Shown: positions 1 to 8,831, numbered from the stretch's first letter. The stretch: 40,107 nucleotides of DNA from Candidatus Oleincola secundus (GCA_018400815.1 JAGYLS010000010.1:1-40107), one strand, 5' to 3'. The notes: generated by a model not told the origin, from the letters alone. Numbers and translations: made by a program.

Positions 1-500
1 TCGGGTGAAATTTTTAATATAGAAGCCAATTCACGGTAACTTAAATCCCGAAGATGCCTTAAAACAATAATCTCGCGGTATTGGACTGGCAAAGCCATAA
101 TAGCCTGCTGTATTTCCTCTTTTTTGTCTTGATTATCCAGGTGATGCTCAGGGTCATTTTTCTGTCCGGAAATTAATCCGTTTTTCATTACTTTTCTATC
201 TGAAAATGAATGATCCATTGAAATACTTTCAATATTCTTCTTTTTTAAACGGTCCCGGGTTATATTCAGGGTAATCTGGTAAAGCCAGGTAGAAAAGCGA
301 AAAGCAGAATTATAGTGAGAAAGGGATTGATATGTTTTAACAAAAGCCTCCTGGGTAATATCTTCCGAATCATGGTAATTTCCGCACATACGATAAGCCA
401 AACTATAAACCATTCCCTTATACTTATCAATGATATGGGAAAATGCCTGGGTATTTCCCAACAGGCAGGCTTCGATTATTTTTAAATCATCTTGAGGCAT
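1..500 (-). CDS. ECF sigma-70 family RNA polymerase sigma factor (SigW/RpoE-like); 3' end runs off window
   Basis: Manual translation from ATG at 500: MPQDDLKIIEACLLGNTQAFSHIIDKYKGMVYSLAYRMCGNYHDSEDITQEAFVKTY...FRFSTWLYQITLN (region 2); region-4-like LPVQYREIIVLRHLRDLSYRELASI near the window start. Not in ORF track because it is truncated. Confidence 0.9.
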   Translation of the reverse strand, partial: MPQDDLKIIEACLLGNTQAFSHIIDKYKGMVYSLAYRMCGNYHDSEDITQEAFVKTYQSLSHYNSAFRFSTWLYQITLNITRDRLKKKNIESISMDHSFSDRKVMKNGLISGQKNDPEHHLDNQDKKEEIQQAIMALPVQYREIIVLRHLRDLSYRELASILKISP

Positions 501-662
501 ATGAATCTTTCCAAATAATGTTAAGTATACAGTATTACGTATACCGTATATCGTATAATATATTTAAATCCAATAAATATATGCAAACTATCAAATGTTG
601 ATTCTTTTACAATTTTCCAAAGCTCCAAAAAATCAGCTTACAAAACTTTATTAAATATAGAT

Positions 663-1928
663 CTATTCCTCTTCCGGGGGCTCCGGAAAATAATTTTCAT
701 TAATCCAATCTATTCTTTCCTGGCAATATGCAGGTATAGAATTACCATTGCTAAAAGTACTGCCGGGATAATGATCAACGACTAACTGATAAGCTGCAAT
801 TGCTTCTTCCCAAAGCTCCAGTTTTTCACAACACCATCCAATATAAAACTGTGCGCTCGGAGCTACTAGCCTGTCCTCATCCGGCCAGGTTGAATTAGAA
901 TAATTATCAAATACCTTTTGAAATTCCTCTATGGCTATCTGGTATTCACCTTTTTCGTAATAGCAATAGCCTATATAATACTGAGACGGCCCACAATACT
1001 CGCTATCAGGATAGAGTAAAATCAGCTCTTCATATTTTTCTATAGCAGTATTACGGTAAGAAACTACCCTGTAAGTCTGGGCAATACTATATTGCGCCTG
1101 GGGTAGTAAGTCACTTGAGGGATAATTATCAATTAGCTTTTGATATTCAGTAATAGCATTGCTATATTCTTCTGTATCATAATAGCAATTCCCAATACCC
1201 AACTGGGCATCATCCGCCCACTGACTATCAGGATAATCAAATAAAAAAGTATAATAAGCCAGAATAGCTGAAATAGGCAAACCTAGTTTTGTTTCATAGG
1301 TCCAGCCAATGTAATACTGGGAATCATCTCTGTATTCACTATCCGGGTAACCGATTATTAAATTCTCAAACTCCTCTATTGCTTTGGTATAATCCTGCAT
1401 AAAAATATAGCACCAGGCTACATAATAATTTGAGTCATCAGTCCAGATGCTATCCGGAAAATCGTTTATTAATTCCCCAAATGTTTCCAGGGCAAACTGA
1501 TAATTCTCTTGTTCATAGTATTCCATGGCAACATCATATAGGGCCCTATCCTCTTTGGGCTGAAGAACAACGGGATTGCCAAAATTTACTTCATTTACAA
1601 TCTCCGGCTCTATATAGACATTAAGCAATTGAAGTTTAATATACCCCTCTCTAATAACGGTTACAGTTCTCTTCCCTGCTGATATTTCGTTTAGGAAAAA
1701 ATGGCCATTTTGGTCAGTTTCTGCGGTATTAGTTGAACCGCTAACGCTCACCAGGGCATCCTGAAGCGGAACAGAGCCAGCTGTCGTTTCTCGATGCACA
1801 ACTCCCTGTAGGGAGCCAGTTTTCGGATTAAGTATATTACATCCACTAAAAAAGACAGTTACTGCCAAAAAAATTGCAACAATTACAACCAAACCAGGGG
1901 ACGGTCCTTTGTCACGCTTTCTTTTCAT
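663..1928 (-). CDS. Lipoprotein with carboxypeptidase-regulatory-like beta domain followed by tandem TPR repeats (BamD/CpoB-like)
   Basis: Lipobox FFSG|C; 'TDQNGHFFLNEISAGKRTVTV' CarboxypepD_reg-like motif; repeated ~37-aa units 'YPDS..DD.QY.IG..Y'. Confidence 0.8.
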   Translation of the reverse strand: MKRKRDKGPSPGLVVIVAIFLAVTVFFSGCNILNPKTGSLQGVVHRETTAGSVPLQDALVSVSGSTNTAETDQNGHFFLNEISAGKRTVTVIREGYIKLQLLNVYIEPEIVNEVNFGNPVVLQPKEDRALYDVAMEYYEQENYQFALETFGELINDFPDSIWTDDSNYYVAWCYIFMQDYTKAIEEFENLIIGYPDSEYRDDSQYYIGWTYETKLGLPISAILAYYTFLFDYPDSQWADDAQLGIGNCYYDTEEYSNAITEYQKLIDNYPSSDLLPQAQYSIAQTYRVVSYRNTAIEKYEELILLYPDSEYCGPSQYYIGYCYYEKGEYQIAIEEFQKVFDNYSNSTWPDEDRLVAPSAQFYIGWCCEKLELWEEAIAAYQLVVDHYPGSTFSNGNSIPAYCQERIDWINENYFPEPPEEE

Positions 1929-2020
1929 CTTATCACCATTACTTTTTTATATTTTAATTTATAATATCATCCTGCCAAGGGTAAGTTTCATCAAAATTTT
2001 CTCTCTCATTTATATTTCAT

Positions 2021-2059
2021 CTATTTTAATAACTCTTTAAATTTGTCTACCGAAAGATC
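2021..2059 (-). pseudogene. C-terminal remnant of a HicA-family toxin
   Basis: Frame overlapping the hicB stop reads DLSVDKFKELLK*, resembling the usual HicA C-terminal helix (AxLSxEEFxxLL); no start codon or N-terminal part is present. Confidence 0.55.
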
Positions 2060-2285
2060 AGGAAGGAGCCACTTCTAAAGAAGTGAGACTAACAGAGTGG
2101 CTTTGAGATATTTTTTCTCCATTATCCAAACGATCAATCACATGCAGACGAATAGCGTCTTTGATGTTATCTAAAACTTCTTCATAAGTATCTCCTTGAG
2201 TATAACAACCCTGCAATTCTGGGCAGATGGCAAAATAGCCTTCTTCATCTTTTTCAATTATAATAGAAAACCGATAAGTTTTCAT
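2058..2285 (-). CDS. hicB: HicB-family antitoxin (UPF0150-type)
   Basis: MKTYRFSIIIEKDEEGYFAICPELQGCYTQGDTYEEVLDNIKDAIRLH signature; GAGGAGG SD upstream of ATG at 2285. Confidence 0.9.
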   Translation of the reverse strand: MKTYRFSIIIEKDEEGYFAICPELQGCYTQGDTYEEVLDNIKDAIRLHVIDRLDNGEKISQSHSVSLTSLEVAPS

Positions 2286-2333
2286 ATTCCTATTTTCCTC
2301 CTCAAACAATTACTGCCTCACAATTTTGATTTT

Positions 2334-2435
2334 CTACTGTTTAACCAATTCTTTTCTTTGAAACTGTTCCAATTTTACCAAGCATTTCTTCAGTTTTTCT
2401 AAGCGCTGTTCTATACCGCTGAATTCTGTTTCCAT
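2334..2435 (-). pseudogene. N-terminal stub of a HepT/DUF86 (HEPN) toxin
   Basis: ATG with AAGGA SD inside the 3' end of the MNT gene; METEFSGIEQRLEKLKKCLVKLEQFQRKELVKQ* (33 aa) resembles the first helix of DUF86 proteins; the HEPN RX4H motif is absent. Confidence 0.6.
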
Positions 2436-2859
2436 ACTTATCCTTTTGGGACTTGAATCTAATAATATCTTTTTTCTGTGCCCTTAAAATAGGCAAATAA
2501 TCAAAATATCGACTTAAAGCATCTGCTTCAAATTCCGTTTTAATTATAGTATTTTTCTGAAAAATTATTTTTCCAGTAGCAACAACATGGTATTTCAACT
2601 CAATGGGAGCATCATTTAGTATAATTAAATCCACTTTCTCGAAACCCAAAACACTAACTAATTTATTTTTCAATTCATATTTAAATTGAAAAGATGGTTT
2701 TTTAGATAATAAAACAGCAAAATCATAATCACTTAGCGGTCCTGTTTTGCCTTTTAGCTGAGAACCAAAAATATAAGCAAGCAATATATTGTTATTCTTA
2801 GATTCTGTTACAAATATTTTTTTTACTTCATTTAATTTATTTTCAATCACAGAAATCAC
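2341..2859 (-). CDS. Minimal nucleotidyltransferase (MntA-type antitoxin, type VII TA)
   Basis: 'LAYIFGSQLKGKTGPLSDYDFAV' GS...DxD motif and 'VDLIILNDAP'; GTG start. Confidence 0.88.
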   Translation of the reverse strand: MISVIENKLNEVKKIFVTESKNNNILLAYIFGSQLKGKTGPLSDYDFAVLLSKKPSFQFKYELKNKLVSVLGFEKVDLIILNDAPIELKYHVVATGKIIFQKNTIIKTEFEADALSRYFDYLPILRAQKKDIIRFKSQKDKYGNRIQRYRTALRKTEEMLGKIGTVSKKRIG

Positions 2860-2877
2860 ACTCGTCTCTATCTTTTT

Positions 2878-3645
2878 TTAATTCAATTCTTTTTTTGCCC
2901 TATTGGCAAACTCTGTATCGGGAAACTCTTCCAGTATTAGATTATAATAATGCTCTGCCTTTTCCTTTTCACCTATTTTATCATAAGACAGGCCTAAGTG
3001 GTAGTAAACGAAATCACTTTTAAGCCCTGGCTCAAGATATTTTAGATAAACATCAATGGCCTCCTGATATTTTTCCTGCTGATAATAAATCCAGCCCATA
3101 TGATAGTAAGCAGAAGTAATATAAGGCCTTTCTTCCAATAATTCCTGGTAAATATCCAGTGCCTGCTGATATTCATCTACCCTGGGTATCAGACTACGGA
3201 TCTCATAAATATAAGCAAGTCGGAGATATTGGTCGGTATGATCTTCTTCCGGATAAGCTTCAATTTGTTGTTGATATTTTTCAATCGCAATATCAGAGAC
3301 CTCATATGCCTGCCGAAAATATTTTATTGCCCTTAGTGAACTTTGTTGCCCCTGTTGGAAATAAGCTTGTGCAATATAATAGTAAATTTCCGGGTTATCA
3401 GGATCTTGCTCTATGCATTTATTCAATTGCTTGACTGCTTCATCATATTCCTGTTCCCAAAAAAGTTCTTTGCCCTCTTTTAGACAGATGGTTTTACTGT
3501 CTTCCTCAATGGGTTGTGGCTGAGTGCGTTGCTCTATTTCCTGTGCGAACGGCTGAACAGGCAAGGTGAATGTAAATCCAACAAGTAGCAAAAGAAATAG
3601 GATTAATATTTTCAGTGACATTCTATTTCTTATTCTTATTGACAT
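2878..3645 (-). CDS. Exported tetratricopeptide-repeat protein
   Basis: Signal peptide ending PFA-Q; several TPR motifs; AGGAGG SD upstream. Confidence 0.8.
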   Translation of the reverse strand: MSIRIRNRMSLKILILFLLLLVGFTFTLPVQPFAQEIEQRTQPQPIEEDSKTICLKEGKELFWEQEYDEAVKQLNKCIEQDPDNPEIYYYIAQAYFQQGQQSSLRAIKYFRQAYEVSDIAIEKYQQQIEAYPEEDHTDQYLRLAYIYEIRSLIPRVDEYQQALDIYQELLEERPYITSAYYHMGWIYYQQEKYQEAIDVYLKYLEPGLKSDFVYYHLGLSYDKIGEKEKAEHYYNLILEEFPDTEFANRAKKELN

Positions 3646-3900
3646 TCTTACCTCCTTTATTTTAACAAACTTATCTGATTAGCATTTAAAGATGCAGCAA
3701 ACAAAATCAACTTTCAAAAACCTGTCCCCGGCAGCTTTTTGATATTCCTCTTTAACTAAAATTCAATTGTGATTATATCTTATTATAGTTGTGCATTCAA
3801 GAAAACACTTGATTTAACCATGAAAAAGCACCTTCTAAGAAGGTGATAATGGTTAAATAAATTGTTTTACAATATCAAAAAAGATGAAGTTAAGCTAAAT

Positions 3901-4056
3901 AACAATTTTTCTACTGAAGTCCAAAGTTGGAATTACTATTACTTAAGAAGGATTAAGTTTAAAGGTTAAATAAAAAATCGAAAGAAAAAGAGCTAAAAAT
4001 TTCAACCTCTTGTAGGGGTTTTTAAAGCCACCCGCTATGCGGGTGCGATATTTATT
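3901..4056 (+). mobile_element. Non-autonomous element ending in an IS200/IS605-right-end-like hairpin (copy 1)
   Basis: AAAGCCACCCGC-TAT-GCGGGTGCGATAT at 4024-4051; the 5' part ACAATTTTTC.ACTGAA..CCAAAG is shared with the inverted copy at 13165-13316. Confidence 0.5.
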
Positions 4057-4117
4057 AATCCACTAATATTTGAAGGTATTTGAAAAGAAAAAATCGTTTT
4101 TTTATTAAAATGATTTG

Positions 4118-4126
4118 TGTTATACT
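4118..4126 (+). promoter_or_regulatory. Putative extended -10 promoter for lptF/G
   Basis: TGtTATACT about 140 nt upstream of the ATG at 4265. Confidence 0.35.
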
Positions 4127-4264
4127 AATGGAGAAATTTAACAAATTTGCAATAAGCATTAAGTCATAAGTATTGAGCATTAACTATAAATAGAAGAACG
4201 ATATCTTAAAACTTGAACAAATAAAATCAATATATAAAAAAATATTTCCTAATTGAAGGTGTAA

Positions 4265-5359
4265 ATGATTAAAATCCCTGGAACAAAAATCATAGATAGA
4301 TATATAATTACTCAAGTAATGAGTAATTTTTTGGGAGTAGTCGCTTTATTGACCATTCTGCTCATCATGGAAACAATGTTCGAGCTAATGGAAATGTTGA
4401 TCAACAAAAATGTACCTATTTTTAATGTATTGGAATTGTTAATTTATCGTCTTCCCGCTTTTTTGGTATTAACCTTCCCTATTGCCCTGTTGGGGTCCAG
4501 TGAACTGGCAATTGCCCAGATGTCTACCAATAATGAAATTGCCGCTATGCGCACCGGGGGGATTAGTTTTCGCCGTATTATGAGACCTTTTGTGATAGCT
4601 GCTGTTTTCGTCAGCTTATTATCCTTTGTCACTAATGATTATATTGTTCCCGAAGCCAATCATATATCTCAGAATATCATCAGGGAAATTGTCTTAAAAC
4701 AGGGACCGCCTCATATTCAACGAAATGTATTTTTTAGGGATGCAGAAAACCGTTATTTTTATATTAACCGTTTGGATGAGAAAAACATGATAATGCGGGA
4801 GATCATGGTTTACGAAATGACCCGGGAACGGTTTCCCAGGGTTATCACTGCAACCGAAGGCCGTTGGGTTGAAGATACCTGGGAATTAAAATTTGGTACT
4901 ATTTACAACTATAATGAAGAAGGGAAAATCACCTATGAAATGAGTTTCCAGGATATGGAAATTCAGGTCAAAGATGAATTGCAGGATTTCTTTAAAAACC
5001 AGCGCACTCCGCAAGAGATGACTAGTCGGGAATTAAAACAGCAAATACAAATATTATCTGATGCCGGAGTGGATACTAAAAACTTTGAAGTTGATTATCA
5101 TGTTAAGTTCTCTTATCCGCTGGTGGGAATTATTTTTGCACTAATTGGTGTACCGCTAGGCACACAAATGAAAAGAAGTACCAAGGCTACCGGTATTATT
5201 ATTAGTATCGGACTTGTTTTTATTTACTATGTAGTTTATTCGCTTAGTCGCTCTCTTGGCAGAGGTGGTATGATAGATCCTTTTATTTCTGCCTGGATAC
5301 CCAACGTAATTTTTTTAGCACTGGGCATTATTCTGGTTTATCGTGCTGAAAAGACCTAG
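4265..5359 (+). CDS. LptF/LptG-family permease of the Lpt ABC transporter
   Basis: 'IIDRYI', three N-terminal TM helices, 'NEIAAMRTGGISFRRI', periplasmic beta region, C-terminal 'AWIPNVIF'. Confidence 0.93.
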   Translation: MIKIPGTKIIDRYIITQVMSNFLGVVALLTILLIMETMFELMEMLINKNVPIFNVLELLIYRLPAFLVLTFPIALLGSSELAIAQMSTNNEIAAMRTGGISFRRIMRPFVIAAVFVSLLSFVTNDYIVPEANHISQNIIREIVLKQGPPHIQRNVFFRDAENRYFYINRLDEKNMIMREIMVYEMTRERFPRVITATEGRWVEDTWELKFGTIYNYNEEGKITYEMSFQDMEIQVKDELQDFFKNQRTPQEMTSRELKQQIQILSDAGVDTKNFEVDYHVKFSYPLVGIIFALIGVPLGTQMKRSTKATGIIISIGLVFIYYVVYSLSRSLGRGGMIDPFISAWIPNVIFLALGIILVYRAEKT

Positions 5360-5516
5360 GATGGTATCGAGTATCGGGTGAATACTGGGGGAATAAGCAC
5401 TTGCAAGGATGGATGATTGGAAGAATGCAAAAATGGTAAAGAGTAAAATACGCTGGAATAAGTAAAAAGTTTTTAGATTTTAGATCTTATTTTTTAGATA
5501 AAGAATGCGGGCAACA

Positions 5517-5565
5517 ATGAATGAGATTGCCACGACATGTTTTCAACATGTCTCGCAATGACAAA
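5517..5565 (+). repeat. GAGATTGC...CTCGCAATGAC palindromic (CGTC-type REP-like) repeat, copy 1
   Basis: ATGAATGAGATTGCCACG-[ACATGTT TTC AACATGT]-CTCGCAATGACAAA; same ends as copies at 18905 and 19135. Confidence 0.8.
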
Positions 5566-5566
5566 A

Positions 5567-5612
5567 TCGTATATCGTATTGCGTATAGCGTATATCGTAT
5601 AACGTATAACGT
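5567..5612. repeat. Degenerate heptamer tandem repeat (CGTATAT/CGTATAA)
   Basis: tcgtata tcgtatt gcgtata gcgtata tcgtata acgtata acgt; a related run lies at ~525-556. Confidence 0.8.
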
Positions 5613-5811
5613 TAAGATAAAAAAGAATGTAAACTAAAACAAGAGAAAGTAATAAAATTTAGAAATAACTATTAGAAATAACTAAAAGATATCGATTTGT
5701 CACTATATTTTTTGCAATTACCAAACTATAATCGAGAATATAATATTGAGTTACAATACGTTAACAATTAATAAAGATGAGTAAATTGAAAAAAGCAGTG
5801 TAGGAAATAAT

Positions 5812-8796
5812 ATGAGCACTAAAAAGAAAAATAATTATTCTTTAATATTTTTTATTTCAGGTATTATACTCTTACTTCTAGCCATTTTGTCACTTTCGGT
5901 TTTTCCTGTAAGTGCTCAGGATCTTTTATTCGATGAGCAAATTAGGGCTTATGCAGTTACCCAGTTTTGGGATGGCTTTACGGAATATGAAGTACGATTA
6001 ACCTGGTCAGCCCTTGAAGGAGCTGATGAATATCGAATATATAAAAGCATTAATGAAGGTGAATTTGAAGAAATCAGGACAGATGATTATGAAGACGAAG
6101 GATTTCAACTCTGGTGGACTGATGAGGATATCCTGGAAGGATACACCTACAGTTATTATATTGAAGGATATTTTCAGGATGAATCCGTAGGAAGAACTGA
6201 TACAGTGGAAGTTGATTTCTGGCTGCCCTCCTGCCCTGCAGAGTATCCAGTTAATAATGTAATAATAAATGAGGAAAATCCGGAATTTAAATGGGAATCA
6301 ATATCGATTAATGCTTTTCCCTTTAAAAACGTCATTTTTTCGGCTGAGGGAGAATTCTTGTTATATGATCTAACTGCAGAAGAAGAAATTAAAAGAATTG
6401 CAATTGAAGACATCAATATAAATAGGTTTAAATTAATTACGGAAGATGAACCTGTGGATGAAGATCTTGCAGAGAATACTGACCAAACCGACATCAGGGA
6501 TGTTGCTGATTTCGAGAACGAGCCGGGAGATAAAAATAGAGAACCTGTTGAAAATGAAATTGAAGTTAACAGTGAATCTGCTATAGAAGCTGATAATGGA
6601 TCCGAAACCACATCTGAAGATCAAGTAGAATCTGCTATCGATGCTGTTGAGAATATTGAAGGTGAAGACAAAGAACTATTGCTAGTTAAAAAACACCAAT
6701 ATCAATGGCAATACAAGGTAACCGGTTTTGACATAAATAATCAGGCTATTGCCGAATCAATTACTGGTGGCCTTTTTTACTTTCAGGAAGAGGCCGAAGG
6801 AATCGAGCCTGAAAAAGAGGAAACAGAGGAAGATGTAGAAGGAGGATTGAATCTTGATGCTGATTTTCTCAGTTACCAGGTTATTGATGAGGAAGATGTG
6901 ATTGTCGCTCAGGATAATGTTAATCTACGCTTCGAAGATATCGTACTTAAATCAAATTATCTGCAGATTATTATTGATAAAAATGAACTGATTGCCAAAG
7001 ACCAGGTAGTTTTTACTAAAGGAGAAGATACTTATTCATGTCAGGCACTTAGTTATAATTGGGATACCGATAAAATTATCATGGATGAGTTGTCGGGGGA
7101 AACCACCGGTGAAAAAATTAAAGGTAAAGTGTACTATCAGGGAGAGAAATTAGAAAATTTTCCAGATACTATTGATATCAAAGGTGGCTTTTTTACTACC
7201 TGTGACCTTGAGGAGCCACACTGGCATATCTTAGCAGAACAAATTACCATCTATCCTGATGATAAGATTATTGCCAAAAAGGTTTCCTGGTATGAAGGGA
7301 AAAAGAAAATATTTACCCTGCCATCTTTCATGATTTTTCTTAGAGGGAAAAATCAATTTCCTTACCTTCCCGATATCGGAAAAAGCAGCAGTGAAGGATG
7401 GTTTTTTAAAAATCAATTTAATTATGTCGAAGACGAAACCTCTTATGGAAGTATTTACCTGGATTGGATGGAAAAGAAAGGATTAGCAACTGGTATTGAG
7501 CATACCTTTGAATTGGGAGAAGAAAAAATCGATGAAGGTGAACTAGTGCTATACTTCTATGGTCTAAAAAGAAAAAATACCAGTATTTATGATTTGGATG
7601 CTGAAATAGATTACTGGCAAAACTTTGAAAATAATTTGCGGTTAAGGGCTAATTTGAATTACGACGGTACTATATATGCAGGTTCTAGTTCCCAAAACTC
7701 TACGCATATTCTTAAACCGGATTTTTACCTCTATAAGAAATGGGAAGATGCTCTACTTACTTTGACCGGGAAATATAATTTTAATTTTAGTAACACAACA
7801 ACCAGCAACGGTAATATTAAACTATCCTATGACCATACTCTAACGGATAAATTGAAATCTAATTTTGATTTATTATACACCTCTAATGATTCGGGTAATC
7901 AAATCATAGACCAACAATTGCGCCCTGAATGGTTAATTAGGTATAGCGGCAAGGGTTATACCTTAAACTTAGTTACCGAAAAACTTATTGACCTGGATGG
8001 AGAAAATAGCTCGGATACCCTTGACAAACTACCTGAGCTTACCTTTAAAAAAAGTAGTGCAAAAATTAAGGACACAAGTATAAACTACAGTATTGAAGCC
8101 TCCTTGGGTCGATATTATGAAAGTGTAACAGACCAGGAAAATGTTCGGGGAGAGTATATTATTAATGTTAATCGTCCTTTTAATATAAATGACAATATAA
8201 GATTAACTGCTTCCGGTTTATATCGACAGGATGTTTATCTGACCGGAGAAGCTCGTTATATGGTTGGTGGAAAATTAGATTTAAGGGTTGGTTATAAACC
8301 TGAATTTTATGGAAATTTCTCTTATAATTACTATATGTCTGAAGGGCCTACACCTTTTAACTTTGATACATTGAGCTCATTAAACGAATCAGCTAATGCT
8401 AGTATCGTTTTAAAACCAAGAGATGATTTGCAGATTAATTTATCCACTAATTATAATTTTGTCAGCGAATCTTTTGGCAATTTGGGAGCACGAATACAAT
8501 GGAAACCCAAGGGAGAACATGATATTTATTTAAGCTCCTATTATGATTTAAACAATATGCAATGGAATAAACGGATAGATACCAGAATGTCTTTAAAACT
8601 AAGTGAAGATTGGAAAATAAGCTATAGTGGGTCTGTATATTTTGATGATTTTGATATTAGAAACAGTGTAATTAGTGTAGTCAAAGACCTGCATTGCCGG
8701 GAAATCAGCATTAATTATAAACAGTCTACTCAATCTATCTGGTTAGATTTCAAGATTAAAGCCTTCCCTACCGAATCCATCACCATCGGCCAATAA
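5812..8796 (+). CDS. lptD: LptD-like outer-membrane beta-barrel with a long N-terminal Ig/Fn3-like and acidic extension
   Basis: OstA-like segment from ~aa 345 (LNLDADFLSY...NVNLRFEDIVLKSN), conserved 'FFTTCDLEEPHWHILAEQITIYPDDKI', barrel strands, C-terminal 'KDLHCREI'; signal peptide VSA-Q. Confidence 0.8.
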   Translation: MSTKKKNNYSLIFFISGIILLLLAILSLSVFPVSAQDLLFDEQIRAYAVTQFWDGFTEYEVRLTWSALEGADEYRIYKSINEGEFEEIRTDDYEDEGFQLWWTDEDILEGYTYSYYIEGYFQDESVGRTDTVEVDFWLPSCPAEYPVNNVIINEENPEFKWESISINAFPFKNVIFSAEGEFLLYDLTAEEEIKRIAIEDININRFKLITEDEPVDEDLAENTDQTDIRDVADFENEPGDKNREPVENEIEVNSESAIEADNGSETTSEDQVESAIDAVENIEGEDKELLLVKKHQYQWQYKVTGFDINNQAIAESITGGLFYFQEEAEGIEPEKEETEEDVEGGLNLDADFLSYQVIDEEDVIVAQDNVNLRFEDIVLKSNYLQIIIDKNELIAKDQVVFTKGEDTYSCQALSYNWDTDKIIMDELSGETTGEKIKGKVYYQGEKLENFPDTIDIKGGFFTTCDLEEPHWHILAEQITIYPDDKIIAKKVSWYEGKKKIFTLPSFMIFLRGKNQFPYLPDIGKSSSEGWFFKNQFNYVEDETSYGSIYLDWMEKKGLATGIEHTFELGEEKIDEGELVLYFYGLKRKNTSIYDLDAEIDYWQNFENNLRLRANLNYDGTIYAGSSSQNSTHILKPDFYLYKKWEDALLTLTGKYNFNFSNTTTSNGNIKLSYDHTLTDKLKSNFDLLYTSNDSGNQIIDQQLRPEWLIRYSGKGYTLNLVTEKLIDLDGENSSDTLDKLPELTFKKSSAKIKDTSINYSIEASLGRYYESVTDQENVRGEYIINVNRPFNINDNIRLTASGLYRQDVYLTGEARYMVGGKLDLRVGYKPEFYGNFSYNYYMSEGPTPFNFDTLSSLNESANASIVLKPRDDLQINLSTNYNFVSESFGNLGARIQWKPKGEHDIYLSSYYDLNNMQWNKRIDTRMSLKLSEDWKISYSGSVYFDDFDIRNSVISVVKDLHCREISINYKQSTQSIWLDFKIKAFPTESITIGQ

Positions 8797-8800
8797 AAAA

Positions 8801-8829
8801 TGTCACAGGGACGGAAGATCGTGTGACAA
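8801..8829 (+). repeat. Short TGTCAC-GGGACGG-TGACAA palindromic element between convergent genes
   Basis: TGTCACAGGGACGGAAGATCGTGTGACAA; related to the reverse complement of 13313-13339 (TTGTCACGGGGACGGTTCTTCTGACAA). Confidence 0.6.
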
Positions 8830-8831
8830 CG

